A stretch of 64,000 bases of DNA from Lama guanicoe (taxonomy: Eukaryota): the NCBI GenBank assembly GCA_013239625.1, contig MU053873.1, positions 3,114,524-3,178,523 on the forward strand, written 5' to 3'. The notes beneath the pieces were generated by a model. That model was not told the origin of the DNA. It saw only the letters and a list, made by a program, of their open reading frames with translations, and searched no databases. Each line of letters begins with the position of its first letter. Position 1 is the first letter of the stretch. The translations under genes were made by a program, and so were the position numbers. Shown here piece after piece: positions 12,701-26,509 of this stretch.

Positions 12701-15700
12701 AGCACTGTGTCAGTCCCATCCCTAACTGAACTTAGTGTTCTAGACAGAAAAAAACATCAGGCTGACACGATGCTTACCTCTTAGCTTTTGACTGAGGTTC
12801 ACAGATTATAAATGAGAGCTTCTAGCATAGAGTCTGATACTCACCAGGCCAGGAAGCCTGACGGGTGTGAAGCGCTTATGATGTACTAGACCGCCTGCTC
12901 TAAGAAGACAGGGTATCAATCTGGCCTCTTCAGCAATCACTGCTTGGTGGTGCTTGGCACACAAGTAATGCTCAGAAGTTTGTGTTACTTAAATGCACCT
13001 TATATGTGTTATTATATCACCAGATCCTCAAAATACCAGAGGTGGAAAACACTATCACCTTACCTTTTATAGAGGGGAAAAATGAGACCCTGAGGTCAGA
13101 TCTCTGGACTCAGGCCCTGTGCACCTGCCAACTTGGAAGAAGCGAGTGTGATGTGGGGATTCCCCTCAAGGAACCTGAAGCATCCTTGGTGCTTTGAAAT
13201 TTCATAACTCTGCCTGCCAGCTCTCTCCATCACCCTGCGCCCTTGGAAGTGGTCTCCAAATCTGAAGCTCAAGTGATCCAGTTTCAACACGGCTCATTCT
13301 AATTCATCAAAGAGAGCTCCCTCTCTGCTGCTTCTCCAACATATGTTTATCCAAACTAACCACAGTAACAGGGAATCACACGTCCCTGGCGTGGGGCTCT
13401 GCTACATGGGCAGAATTCCCTGACAGGGAACCTGAGCACACAGGACTTGGAATGGGGTGGGCACAGCTTATTTTATTGAACCCGAGTAAGGTTCTGACAG
13501 TCTCCTTCCAGAAGCTAGGACTGCAGAATAAGAAGGCAGAAATGCAGCTGTGAACATCTGCATGAGGCAATGTGGACGACGACACAGGTTCTTTAGTGGG
13601 AGCCCTGGAGAGTAGGTGACATCTCGTGGGCCTGCAGAATTTGCATATGGCCTGGGACTCCCTGCTCTGGGCTGATATTAATCAGTGACCTGGGATAATA
13701 GTGGTCACCAAGACCAGAAACCTCAGAGGTAATCTGGCATCCACCCTTTTACTCCACCTCCCCATTCAGTTACTTTTCAGTATCACCTTTTGTGTCACCT
13801 CCTCTCTGAGTTCACCTAACATCATCTCTTACCCGGCTTTTGCAACCATGTCTCCACTGGCCCTCAACCCTTCCTTGCAACCCTCTCTGATGTACCACCT
13901 TCTTTAGAGCCGGGTGTTTTTCTTAGAAGGAAAATCTACTCAAAACCTCTCAAAGACTTCTCATGCCTTTATCACAAAACCAAATCCTTTAGCCTGGCAT
14001 TCAAACCCCTTCATGAGCCGGTCCCTGTCCAGTTCTGTGGTCTCATCTCTTTGCACCTGGATTTCACCCTTTCTGAGCATCAGTAGACCTCCTTTCCTGC
14101 ATGTGGCTACACTGTGATTTCTATTAACCACAGTGCACTCCAGCCCTGGGATCCTTTCTGAAGTTCTCAAGAGTTAATATTTCACTCTCCCCTAGGACAT
14201 ACACTTCAGCTCTCCAGGAAAATTTTAGGTGACCATGAATTTGGGGCTCACCCCCAAAAGGCTGAAAGGCATATTGTACAAATTAGGCACATCCCTATAT
14301 TAACACAGATTACATTAATGAGATGCTAACCAGGATGGCAGGGATTAGAGCCTGGGCTTATGATATTGACACACAGCAGGTGTGCCCAATCCTGGCACCA
14401 GCCATGAGGCCGTGGGCAAAATGAACCCCATTTAGCCAGGGTTTCTTCCTCTGTAAAATAGGGATAGCAATATTACCTACCTTGTCATTTAAAAAAACTG
14501 TGTAAAACACTCATGCTGTGCTTTGTGGTGGTAGCAGTGGTGATGAGGATAATGAGTAAATCTTGGGGCATCAAGTGGTCTGGTTTTAAAGTAGCCTGAC
14601 ATTCAAAGAAACACAGTCCAGCAACGAAAAGGTATAAAAAATGCAGTTCCTTTACTTACCTCTCTCAAGGAGACACCCAATTCATAAATCACAGCATCAC
14701 GTTTAAAACTCCTTTTTCCATTTCTCTTATTCTCCCATCTGGTAGCTGCCCCAGCGTGATTTCCTTCCTAAGCTTCCTACAATTCTCAATTCTTAATCTC
14801 AACCACTCAACACTCAAGTTATCAATTATTCCTCTTCTCCCTTCTTCTTTGGCTCACTTTTTTTTCCCCTCTAAATAAATCTCTCCAACCTCACCTCTTG
14901 GCTCTTCCCCTACTGAGTTCTCCTTCTTTCTGCATAATCAATGTTTGAGGACCAGAGGAGGGAGGATGGGAATTTTGGGCAAACAATGGCAAAATTCTCC
15001 TCTGTCGATGAGGGGAGGGAATGAGGCTGATAATATAGAGCCATTAGTCCCATCTTTCCTGTTTAAACAGCCACGGGGCAATATCAGACACAATATTAAC
15101 AAGGGATTAGTGAACTGCCACCTGGACCCTTGGTAACCAACACTATCAGTGGGGATGACCCTTCTTAGTCTATAAGAAGATAATGTGTGAAATGATCGAA
15201 ACCATCTCAAAGTACCCTGCAGCCAAGTTGGAAGGATTCCTAGGCCCCAAATTTGCCTTTAACTCCTAAAAAGCCAATCTCCAGCAGAGCCAACAACGGA
15301 GAAGAGGAAGCTCTAGATTTGTGGGAAACCACATGAGTTTTAGACTTTACCAACATCTACTAAAATAAACCAAAAATGAACTTAATCTTTTGACTGAACC
15401 ATTAAGAATGCAGCCTACAAACGACCGCAAACAGACATTTGGAGGTATATTCAAGGATGCTCATCACGAAATTACAGAAGCAAAAGCCTGGAAAATGTCT
15501 AAATGTCCACCAAGCAGGACTGGTAAGAAATTATGGTTGATTCAGGCAGGGGCATATTCCGGGGACCCTCTTTATGCTGATACGGGACAACCTCCAAGGT
15601 GTATTTTTAATTACAAAAAGTAAAGTACAGAAACATTTATTTAATGTGCTCTAATCGTGTTTTTAAAAATTATTTTAAAATCTGTGTACCTTACACTCAT

Positions 15701-17289
15701 GCTTGTCTGTGCACAAAAAATATCTCTGGAAAGGCGAACGTAAATCATCAGGAGAGGTTTTCTCCGGCGGGGGCGGGAGGGGGGGGACCAGGGCGGAAGC
15801 GGGAAGGAAACACTTTTCAATGCCTATCTTTTGGTAATCGTTTTTTCCCATAGATAGGTCTTACTTTATAATGAAACTTTTTCTTTTTAGGAAGGAAACT
15901 GCAGTAAAGATAGACTTGGATTCAACCCCTGTCTCTCCACTCGTGAGTTACGTGACTTTGGCAATGCAGTTCACCTCTCAGTTCCCTGTTTTCTCACTGT
16001 AAGATGGAACAGTGATCTATATCCTGCCCACTGGGAGAATTAAGTAACACCTTGTACATGAAATACCCAGCATGCATCTGAAAGAGAGATGCTCAATAAA
16101 TGGTAGTTTTTCTGTTTTGGTCTGTCTCCAAGCCTTGTTAATTGCACAAGTCTAGAACACTCTCTGTGTTCCCTGATTGCTCACTCTCACCTCCCTTTCT
16201 CACAACTGTACCTGCCCTTGGACTTCATAGCTATCCAGGTTTACCTTCAACACTCTTTCTTCCACCCAGTTTGTAACTATTCCTGGCAACTTTTCTACCC
16301 AATCTTCTCCAACCTCAGACCCTACACAGGAGCCCTTTAAGTTCTGGACTCTCTCAGAGCCCCTTTCTTACTGCCCACGAGCAAAAATAAGAGTATCTAA
16401 TATGTACTGGACGTTTTCTATGAGCCCAACACTGTTCTGACACAACTCATGCAAACAGCCAGGAAACTAAGGATTCTGATTGTCCTCATTGTATAGACAA
16501 GGAAACTCAAGGTGAGGCACAGTGAGAAACTTGCCAAGAACTGAAAAGTGCCAGGATCATGTTGTTCTTCTGCCTCCTGGATTCGTTCCCACTGTACCTT
16601 GCCCGGAAAATTCAGACACACTGAGATGGGAGCTCTTCGTCCCCTCCTCACTACTGAACAGCCCTCATCCTTTCAAATACATCTGTTACACTCTTCCTCA
16701 CTGTCCATTCACCCAACACCTGCAGAGGAAGGACTGCAAAAGGGAACCTCAAATAGCTTCTCCAGACTGACTGTGGCGTGTCTGAGCTCCGAGAACCCTT
16801 CCCGCAGGTAGTCCACGTGTCAAAACTCTTTTGAGGAGGCCACCCTGCCCCGTCACACCAGGGTTCCGACTGGACCCTGGAGCTTCTCCTGCATACTTGC
16901 AGTGTATAGTTATGATGCCACCGGTGCCTCTGTGAGTCCATCTCCAGCCACAGATAAACGGCTCGTGTTCCCCGCCGCCCCCGATCGTGTTTCTAGAGCA
17001 GTTCTGTAGGAGGGACTGTGCATTTAACAATGGCCCATCAACTTCCACGCACCCATTGCCATGGCCCGCTGGGTGGTATTCACCCTGTTGATTGGTTTTA
17101 TAATTTAATTTCCCACCAGAGATAAACAGCATTGTTTTTCTGAGGCCATTTCTGATAAGAACTGAAATCAACTCAAGCATTGATTCAGAATGGCTTTGCA
17201 AAGACAGCTGCGCTGTAAATTTGGAAGCTTCAATGCATGTAGTCTGGATTGTGGCTTTGCAATGCAAAAGAGGGTCTGCTGCGCTTTTG

Positions 17290-17490
17290 CACTTGCTGTA
17301 TACCAGGCACCGTGCCTAGTACTTAACATGCATTTTCCCACTGAATTCTTGGGGCAGCTCTATAAGGCCGCTTTACGGTTATAGATGAGGAAACATGGAC
17401 CAGAGAGGTGAAGTGACTTGCCCAAGGCCCACCTGGAGGTGTGGTCAGAATGCAGACACACACCTCTGGATTCCAGCCCTGGGATGCTTC
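17290..17490 (-). mobile_element. MIR SINE (one of many in the window)
   Basis: Core tagatgaggaaacatggaccagagaggtgaagtgacttgcccaagg. Confidence 0.75.
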
Positions 17491-18149
17491 GTTCCCTCAG
17501 TCAGCCATTCACCTGTCCTACAAGCATGCATTAGTGTCTCCCAGAGCTGGGCCCTAGGGACTCAGAATTGAACAGAACGGTCACAGCTCTGCCTTTATGA
17601 AACGTGTATGACATTTTGTCAGACACACATTACGCTTGCAAAATAATCATTGTCTTTTATTTGCCAAGCGCTGTAAAGTTTACAAAACGCTTTCACACTC
17701 ATTATTTCATTTTAAATAAATGTACTGTGCTCCCTGACACCTAAATAAATGGCAAATGAGACGTGGGACTCTGGAGTGGCCTGTTTTTGAAAGTGCACCG
17801 TCTCCACGCAATCTTTCCAAATCCAGAGGCTGTGTTTACTATCCTCGAAGCAACTGCATTTGAATTAAATTACTGTCCCTCCTTCACTCACTTCACTCTC
17901 TGCATTTTGCTGCTCTTAAGACCCTCCTTGGGTCTCCGGATCGGTGACTTCTGCTCTTCACTGCCATCGTGTCTGGATGAACGCGTAGTTCTCTGGGCTG
18001 GGGCTGGGGTGTCACCCTGGAGACCTACAGGATTTGACTGACAACTGGGGACAGGCCCTGCACAGTCAACCCCCCTCATGGAAGTCTTCTCTTCCTCACC
18101 ACATTTCTATTCACACCTTCTTGAGCTTCCTTGCTTGCAATGTGGGGAG

Positions 18150-20465
18150 ATCACAACCACTCTGATAAACAACTGCACCATCGACACTGATGCTGGAGCC
18201 CCTGGTGGGAGCCTCTGTCCAGCTCATGAGCGCCAAGACCTAGCTCCACCTGACAGCACGTGGGGGCACCGGTGTTGGGACGCCTCCGGACAAGCAACTA
18301 ACTGGGCAGGGACTCAACCCCGCCCATCAGTAGTCAGGGTGCCTAAAGACCTCATGAGCCCACAGCCGCCCCTGGACATGGCTCTGCCCACCAGAGGGCC
18401 CAGGACCCAGCTGCATCCACCAGTCCCAGAATCCCAGCGCCCTGGCCTTGCCCTCCAGGGATCCTGCTCCAGGCTCTGGATCAGCCTCACCCACCAGGGG
18501 TCAGACACCAGACACAAGAAAGCCACAATCTAAAAGCCTGCAGACTCAGCCTGCCTACAGCAGGCCAGACCCTGCCCTGGCACCAGCCAGTCCCTGGCCC
18601 TGCTCACTGGCAGGCCACCACAAGCTTTGTGATACCCTGGACCTGGTTCATAAGTGTGTCAGGAGCCATCCTCCCATCCCCCTCAGTGATCTGACACCAG
18701 CTCTGGGACCTTCATGAGATAGGAGGGAAGGGGACAGGGCACAACCATTAAAAGAATGACACAGCAATTGAGGATAAGTTAATTGGTTAGAACCAAGACG
18801 GTGGAAGATCCAACTTCCAGCAGAACTTGACCCTTGTTAGGATGTGCTCACTGCAATACACTAGCTGCTAAATGCACTCCCATGGGCCCCATGACAGTGC
18901 CAAGGCTGACCATAAAACGTCAAAAAGTGGCCAGTGGCCCAGTTCCTGAAAATCCCAGATCCTCCCCCAAAATAGCTGGACTAATCCTCCCACTGTCAGC
19001 ACAGGAAATTACCGAACCCATAAAAACTAACAACCCTGCACCCTGTGGCCTCTCGCCTCTTGCCTTCTGAGACGGCCCACATTCTGTCTACGGAGTGTGT
19101 ATCTCCCTGAAGAAACTTGCTTTCCCTCTACCACGGCTTCCTCTTGATTCTTTCCTGCGCAAAGCCAAGGACCTTCACTTGGCAGGGCGCATCCCAGGGA
19201 CTCGCCCGAGAACTGGGACATGACCATTCTCTTGCATCCCATTTCCCTGCAACACCCAGACCCTGAAGTCAGACTCCAGGCCCTGACTCTGCCCACCAGT
19301 GAGCCAGCGCTAGCCCAGGGCCCACTGAGCTTCTGCAGTCAGCTGCTTAGTGACCAGATCTCACCAGCTAGCACAACTGGCAGCCTCTGTACCAGGTAGG
19401 GCCTGGCAGTCAACCAGGGGTCACGACCAAGTCTATGAGACAGCCCTCAGAGTCAGCCTGCCACAACAGAAGGACTCACACAGCCTTCACAGGGGATCCC
19501 CTAGGGCATATAACTTGGGTGACAATAGAGGAGTGCACTGCTGGGACACACAGGACATCTCCTACAGAAGGTCACTTCTCCAAGATCAGGAAACGTAACT
19601 AACCTACCAGATACATAAAAAAAAATAAACAGCTACTTAGGCAAAATGAGGTGACAGAGGAACATGTTCCAGACAAGGGAACAAGATAAAATTCCAGAAG
19701 AACTAAGTGAAGTGGAGACAGGCAGTCTACCTGAGCAAGAGTGCAGGGCCATGATCGTAAGAGGATAAAAGAACTCGGAAGAAGAATGGATGCAGAGTGA
19801 GAAGTCAGAAGTCTTTAACAAGGAGTTAGAAATATACAAAACAACCAAACAGAGATGAAGAGTACAATAACTGAAATGAAAAAGACTAGAAGGAATCAAC
19901 AGTAGACTAAATGATACAGAGGAAGGGATCAGTGAGCTGGAAGACAGAGTAGTGGAAATCTCTGCCACGGAACAGAGAAAAGAAAAAAGAATGGAAAGAA
20001 ATGAGGACAGTTTAAGAGACCTCTGGGACAACATCAAGTGCACCAATATTTGCATTGTAGGGGTCCCAGAAGGAGGAGAGAGAGAGAAAGGGCCTGAGAA
20101 GTATTTGAAGATATAATAGTTGAAAACTTCCCTGACCTGGGAAAGGAAACAGTCACCCAAGTCCAGGAAGTTCAGAGAGTCCCAAACAGGATGAAGCCAA
20201 AGAGGCTTGTAAGCCTCTTACATTGTAACTAAAGTGGCAAAAATTAAAGATGAAGAGAGAATATTAAAAGCAGCAAGGGAAAAGCAACAAATAACATATA
20301 AGGGAGCTCCCACAAGGCTGTCAGCTGGTGTTTCAACAGAAACTCTGTGGGCCAGAAGGGAGTGGCACGATACATTTAAAGTGGTGAAAGGGAAAAACCT
20401 ACAACCAAGCAAGGCTCTGCTTCAGACTGACGGAGAGATCAACAGCTTTACAGACCAGAAAGGGG
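18150..20465 (+). mobile_element. L1 5'UTR and degraded ORF1 fragment, split by an LTR at 18715-19254
   Basis: ORF 20234..20470 KIKDEERILKAAREKQQITYKGAPTRLSAGVSTETLWARREWHDTFKVVKGKNLQP is the L1 ORF1p C-terminal part. A-rich coiled-coil-coding sequence at 19650-20200. GC-rich 5'UTR-like sequence upstream. Left boundary approximate. Confidence 0.85.
18715..19254 (+). mobile_element. Solo LTR, ERV1-like, 540 bp
   Basis: Starts TGAGA and ends GCAACA. TATA-like cataaaa near 19019, AAGAAA at 19110-19115 where a poly(A) signal is expected. L1 sequence resumes on both sides. No clean TSD. Confidence 0.72.
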
Positions 20466-20669
20466 AATGAAAGAACCTTCTGGGGTGACTCAGTGTTGTT
20501 AGAGAGCCATCAAAACAGACGGAATAGCAGGCTTCAGATCTGAGCATTTCACTGCCTACAAAGCTGATGTCAGTTAAAAAAAGAAATATGAGCTATTGTT
20601 ATTATGATTGTCATTATTTTTGTATGCACCAAGCACTTAAGAGTTGACACTTAAGAGCCTTGTAGTCAC

Positions 20670-20782
20670 TGGACTATAAGTGCCATGAGGGCAGGACCCA
20701 GCCCCTTTTGCTCCTGTGCCCAGCAGTGCCTGGCACATAACAGGTGCTCAGTAAGTGCTTGTTGAATGACTTCATGACTGAA
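20670..20782 (+). mobile_element. L2 3' end
   Basis: gactataagtgccatgagggcagg...cagtgcctggcacataacaggtgctcagtaagtgcttgttgaatga. Confidence 0.75.
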
Positions 20783-21613
20783 CAAGAGTGAGCGTCTGAA
20801 GAGAGAGACAGCAGGAGTGAGAGGAATTTCTGGCTGGGAGAAACACAGCCCTGGTATTTATAGCCCTCAAGCATCTCTGTTCTGGGTTGCTGGACAAACA
20901 GAGGCTCCATTAACACTCAGATCTATGTATTTACAAGACAGCCTGAAGGCTGCTTGGGAACTAATTCGGCATCTCAAGGAAATCATTTGCCTTTAGAAAA
21001 GATGTAAATAGTCCCCACTCGGCTGCAGAGAATAGCTCCGCTGGGCTCCCAAAAAACAGTCCTTAAGCACATCCTTTAACTCACTCGGAAAGACTTTGTA
21101 TGGGGAGGCTGGGAGAAAGATACAGGGAAATAAAGAGAAATTGACATTATTGAGGGCCTACTATGTGTCGGGCTCCATGCTGAGTGCTTTCACACACGCT
21201 GTCTCCTTTATTCATTACAAGGAGGAAGCTGACAGAGGTCATTGTCTCCATTTCATAGGTGAGAAAATGGAGGCTGAGAAGTGCCCCAGGTGAGTTATAC
21301 TTGGTTGGGGTTGGCACCGAAAGCCAGGCCTGCCTGACACCCAGTGGGGGTGTTGACTCAGGCTGTTGTCTTCGCTGGGTGCCCAGGGGCATACCCTTCT
21401 CTGAGCTTCAGTGTCCTCATCTGTAAAAAAAATGGGTCCGTGCCTGCATTCCCAGCGCAGAGCCAGGATGACAGCATCCTGAAGGCAGACAGAAGGTACA
21501 GGAAGCCACTATCCCTTGGTCCCTCCTGGCTAGGAAGGTGTGAGGCAGAGGAGCCCCAGGGAAGGCAGAGATGCACCTGCTTCTCATCTGTCACCTGTCA
21601 CCTGCCAGATCTC

Positions 21614-21726
21614 CTGAGTGACCACCTTGTTCTGGTTTGCCTGAGATATTCCCAGTTTTGGCACTGCAAGTCCTGGGTCCCAGAAGCACTCTCACTCCAG
21701 GCAAAGCGGGGTGGTTGGTCACCCTG
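21614..21726 (+). mobile_element. MER81-like (hAT-Blackjack) MITE
   Basis: Terminal inverted repeats gagtgaccacc...ggttggtcaccctg, with core cagttttggcactgcaagtcc matching recalled MER81. Confidence 0.75.
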
Positions 21727-24700
21727 AGTGGCTCCCCAATCCTTCCAGAGACTGGATTAGCCTCAAATCATTTCTCTCCAGCTCCAAGCGGCAGCAAGAA
21801 TTGAAGGGAAAAACCATAGGTTCAGGTCTGCTCTCAGTTTGCTATGTGACTTTGGGCAACAGATGTTCCCTCTCTGGTCCTGTTTCTGCCTATGAAAAAT
21901 AATGAGCCAGTCCAATGCATTGGTACCAGCGAGGCCCTGCCAGCTGTGTCTGCTCTGTGGCCTCAGAGAACAGCCCTGTATGCCCCTCTCAGGTGGTCCC
22001 CATCTTCCAAACCCACCTTAGGGATGCCTATGCATAGGGATGGTGGGCAACAGATCATGGACCATAGGCCATGGCACCAACCCGCTCTGACTGAGATATC
22101 CAATGAACCACCAGTAGCAAGGGTGAACTGTTACTTTCTTTTCTGGAGATTTAAATCTATCTGATGGCTTCTCATGCTGCAGCAATTTGGTATAAGTCAC
22201 TCGACCTATTAGGCATGAAACTGGGTTCCTTCAAACAGAGGAAAGAAGCTGGTTGCCCATGGAGCTATCCCCCCAACCCCATCCCATCATTGAGGGGGGC
22301 TGTGTGGGATCAGAGCTGACAACAGAGGTGAACCACTGTTGGGGCAGGGCCCTTGCTGAGGGGGGTCTCTGCCTGTGACAGAGCTGGAATCCCCTTTCAG
22401 CCCCTCTCCAAACTGGCCGGAAGAACAGGCCATGGGCTTGGCAGGAGGCCAGCGAACATGGAACTAGTAGAAGTCAGGGTCTCTCAACTCCGATCCCAGC
22501 TCCTTCACTGCTGACTTGGTCAGTCTCTTGGTTTTGCTGAGCCTCAGTTTCCCCATCTATAAAATGGGATCAGACAAGCTCTAAAAACCAGAGTCTCCTC
22601 TTCCAACCAAGGCTTCAAGGAGTTTAAAAAACTGCTCAGTCACAGCTTTAAAAGGGGGCAAAGACAGGAATAAATCCAAGTCTGTTCCTAGAGTCTGGGT
22701 CCCTCGACATCCAGACAGAGCCGGCAAGGCTGGCTTAGTTTGGTCCGAGGAAGACAGCAAAGGTGAAGTGGTACAATCCACAGGCCTGTTCTCCTAGCTG
22801 ATCTTGTAGGAAAGCACTGTCTATACCACCAAGCTTGGCTCATGGTATTATTACCAAGAATGCCTGGGTTTGGGTCAGAGCTGGGTTCAAATCCCAGATT
22901 CCCTGGTCACTCCTCATGTCCTCTCTGAATGCCAACGCCTGATTCAATCCCCCTGCCTCTCATTGCCGCCTGCTGCCTGCTGCCTCGCTCGTTTCCCTCT
23001 CCCCACACACTGAGCAGTGGAGAACTGCTATTTACTTCATTGTTCAGAGTCAGCTGTCGTCAATGGACTCAGTTCACCAGGGGTGACGCCACTGGGCCTT
23101 AAAGGATCCCATCCCCAGCATCCACCCTCCTCCTGCCGCAGACTCCTCCTGGGGATAGGCTGGGGCTGAGGGAAGGCCAAGGGCTTCAGGCAAGTGCAGC
23201 TGTGTCCCCCTCCCCTTTACAGCCAGAGCACGAGGACCACAGACTTTAGACGGGAGCTGGGAAATGGAGAGGGTTAACCCAACCACCCCCTGAGCTCTGC
23301 AAGCTGAAGGCACGTGCTCTGAGCCTGATTGTGCCCAGGGCTAACGAGCCTGCATGCAGCTGGTTACAAAGCAGTGCTCGGAGTCATTTAAGACTTTTTC
23401 TTGTATGTGTAGAATGTGTGGAGTGATTGACAAGGCAGCAGACCACCCCCACCTCCCAGAAGTGATGTCTGAGTACCACCAAGCACAGTGCCTCGCTCCT
23501 TGCAGGCGTAAGAGGAGTAGGAGCTGTAATGGTTCTTAACAAAACGTGACAACGTCACTGTCTAACCTGGTCACCAGGCCTGCCGCTGAGCATCTGTCCC
23601 CGTGCTCTGAAGGCTGCTGCCCACACTGACAGGTAAATAAATATCCGGGTCTGGGGGTGGGAACACAGCTTAGGCTGCCCATCATTTCTGAAAGACAGCA
23701 GTGGGAGCTCAGCCAGGCCATTAATCACATCTAAAGCCTCCCGAGGCCATATGTGACGCTCTTCAGCACCTGCCTCTCCTGCTGCCACAAGTCTCCCCTC
23801 TCCTGCTCTTCCCACTTTCAATCTTTGGGTTTGGGAAAGAAAGCAAAACCTCAATTCCTTAGCCCTGAACTGTGCAGACAGCCAGGGGCCTTGGGACAGG
23901 GCTGGGTCTCTGATGGCTTGGGGAGGGATCTGGGCAGGGCTGGGACGGTGCAGACAAGGGAGGATGACCTGGAGCAGGTAGACAACTGACGGGGCATCAG
24001 GTAACCTGGCCCGGCCGAGGTATATATCTCCAAATTTATTACCTGTCTCCTCCAGGAAACCGTAAGCTTCACGAAGGTAGGCCCTCCGCCCATCCCAGTC
24101 TCAGCTTTATTCTCAGTGCCCTGGACATGGGGTGGTAGAAAGGTCAATAAATATTTATTAAATCAAGAAATATTAAATTGAGTTCTAGACTCAGAAATGC
24201 CTTTGAGTGTCTTGGGACAGATCTTTTCCATCTCTGAGCCTCCCTTTCCTCACCTGTAAAATTACCATGAGGATTTCTTCTAATCCTGAGCCTAATTTTT
24301 TTTTTTAAGACCTGGATGCACTGCTAAAAATGACCCCAGGGCTTGGAAAATCAAGAGGAAACATTTGGGGTGGCCACTCCATCCACCTGGATCTGTGACC
24401 TCCAATAGCCCCCCCTCTGAAATCACTTTGGCTCTGCTGACAGGGAAGTCACAGCGGGGCCCAGCCATGTAGATGGAACCTCTGACTCGGGCGTCAGGGA
24501 GAAGTGCCTCTGAGCCCAAAGGTCAATGGTGCCACTGTTGGCTGTGGGCTGACTGTGTGCCAGGCGTGTGCCAAGTGCTTCCCAAGAGTTCACTTTTTCA
24601 CAGGATGCAGGGAGGCTGGGACCAGTTCTAGCCTCATTCCACAGATGAGTAAAGGAGGGCCCAGAAAGAGATGAACTGACAGAGGTCTGGCAGGGGAACT

Positions 24701-24975
24701 TGGGAGGGAATGGCAGAGCCCAGGGCGTGAGCCATTTAGCTTCCCCGAGGAGCCGACGTGGCAGAAGTGAAGGCTTGCCAGGTGCTTCCTGCACTGGGTC
24801 CTGGGCTGAGCTTGCCGTGGATGGGACCTGAGGAGCCACATTAGAATTTCTGGAGTCAGCTTGCAGGGAGGACCACCAAGTTGGGTCAGTGTCTCCTGTG
24901 ACAGGCTGGGTTGGGTTGTGGGACTCAAGAGGCAGGGGGACAACCGTCATCTTCTGGGATGTTGAATTGACTTTT

Positions 24976-25916
24976 TTTTTTTAATTGAAGTGTAGTCAGT
25001 TTACAATGTTGTGTCAATTTCTGGTGTACAGCATAATAGTTCAGCCATACGTATACTCACATACATTCGTTTTCATTCTTTCTCATTATAGGTTACTACA
25101 AGATATTGAGTAATTTCCTGTGCTGCACAGTAGGACCCTGTTGTTTATCTTCTTTATATATAATGGTATCTGCAAATCTCAAACTCCCAATTTATCCCTT
25201 CCCACTACCCCAGCCTGGTAACCATAAGTTTGTTTTCTATGTCTGTGAATCTGTTTGTTTTGTAAATAAGTTCATTTGTCTTTTTTTTAGATTCCACATA
25301 TAAATGATATCATATGGTGTTTTTCTTTCTCTAGCTTACTTCACTTAGAATGACAGTCTCCAGGTCCACCCATGTTGCAGCAAATGGTTTTATTTCATTA
25401 TTTCATATGGCTGAGTAGTATTTCATTGTATCAATATACCACAACTTCTTTATCCAGTCATCTGTCAATGGACATTCAGGTTGTTTCTATGCCTTGGTTA
25501 TTGTATATAGTGCTGCTATGAACACTGAGATGCGTGTATCTTTCTGAATTAAAGTTCCCTCTGGATGTTTGTCCAGAAGTGCGATTGCTGGATCATATAA
25601 GTCCATTTTTAGTTTTTTGAGGCATCTCCATACTGTTTTCCATATTGGCTGCACCAACCTGCATTCCCACCAGCAGTGAAGGAGGGTTCCCTTTTCTCCA
25701 CACCCTCTCTAGCCTTGATCGTTTGTGGACTTTCGAATGGTGGCCATTCTGACTGGTGTGAGGTGATACCTCATTGTAGTTTTGATTTGCATTTCTCTGA
25801 TAATTAGAGATACTGATTACTTTTTCTTGTGCCTTTTGGCCATTTGTATGTCATCGAGGAATTGCTTGTTTAGGTCTTCTGCCTATTTTGGGGTTGGGTT
25901 GTTGGTTTTGTTATTA
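24976..25916 (-). mobile_element. Young 5'-truncated L1 3' end with TSD
   Basis: Poly(T), then aattgaagtgtagtcagtttacaatgttgtgtcaatttctggtgtacagc and ORF2-end sequence. 14-bp TSD ttgaattgactttt (24962-24975) and ttgatttgactttt (25917-25930), followed by AA (TTTT/AA endonuclease site). Confidence 0.93.
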
Positions 25917-26509
25917 TTGATTTGACTTTTAATGAGCATCTTCAGGGTTTCTGTTTCCTGCCGCACAATGATGAAAGCTTTGCGGTTATGACTTGGGTTT
26001 AACCTTTCTGAGTGCATCGCTCACACAGCACTGATGAATAATGACAGGTTTCTTCCTTTAAAAAAAAGGTACTTCATAAAATAAATGTCCAGAAAAATTT
26101 TAACAGGAAGCTTACAAGATAATTTCATCTTTTATTTTCCCTTATAGCACGTCTCACTGACAATGTGTTTTCTTGCTTATTGTCTGTCTTCCCAGCAAGG
26201 ATGTTGCCTCCAGAGCGGCTCTGCCTGCTCTCCGTGGACTCCCCCATGTGGGGACCAGTACCTGCAGCTTAGCAGGTGCTCAACGAATATTGGCTGGATG
26301 AGTAATCCTGCTGGCACAGGAGGAGAAGCTCATGGAAACGCACAGGTTCCAGGCCCTAAAACTGCCAGGAAGGCAGTGGGAATCTTTCCCTGATTTCCAT
26401 ACTTGCCTTTGCAGACCAAGCTGGGAGCTTGGGACATGTTTATCCAATCACTACGTGATTAATAATTATTATTAATAAATTAAATCGCCACCTTCTTTTG
26501 CACAGCGAG

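Noticed and set aside
19633..20160. 175-aa Ser/Leu/Phe-rich minus-strand ORF
   Set aside because: Antisense reading of the A-rich L1 ORF1 remnant.
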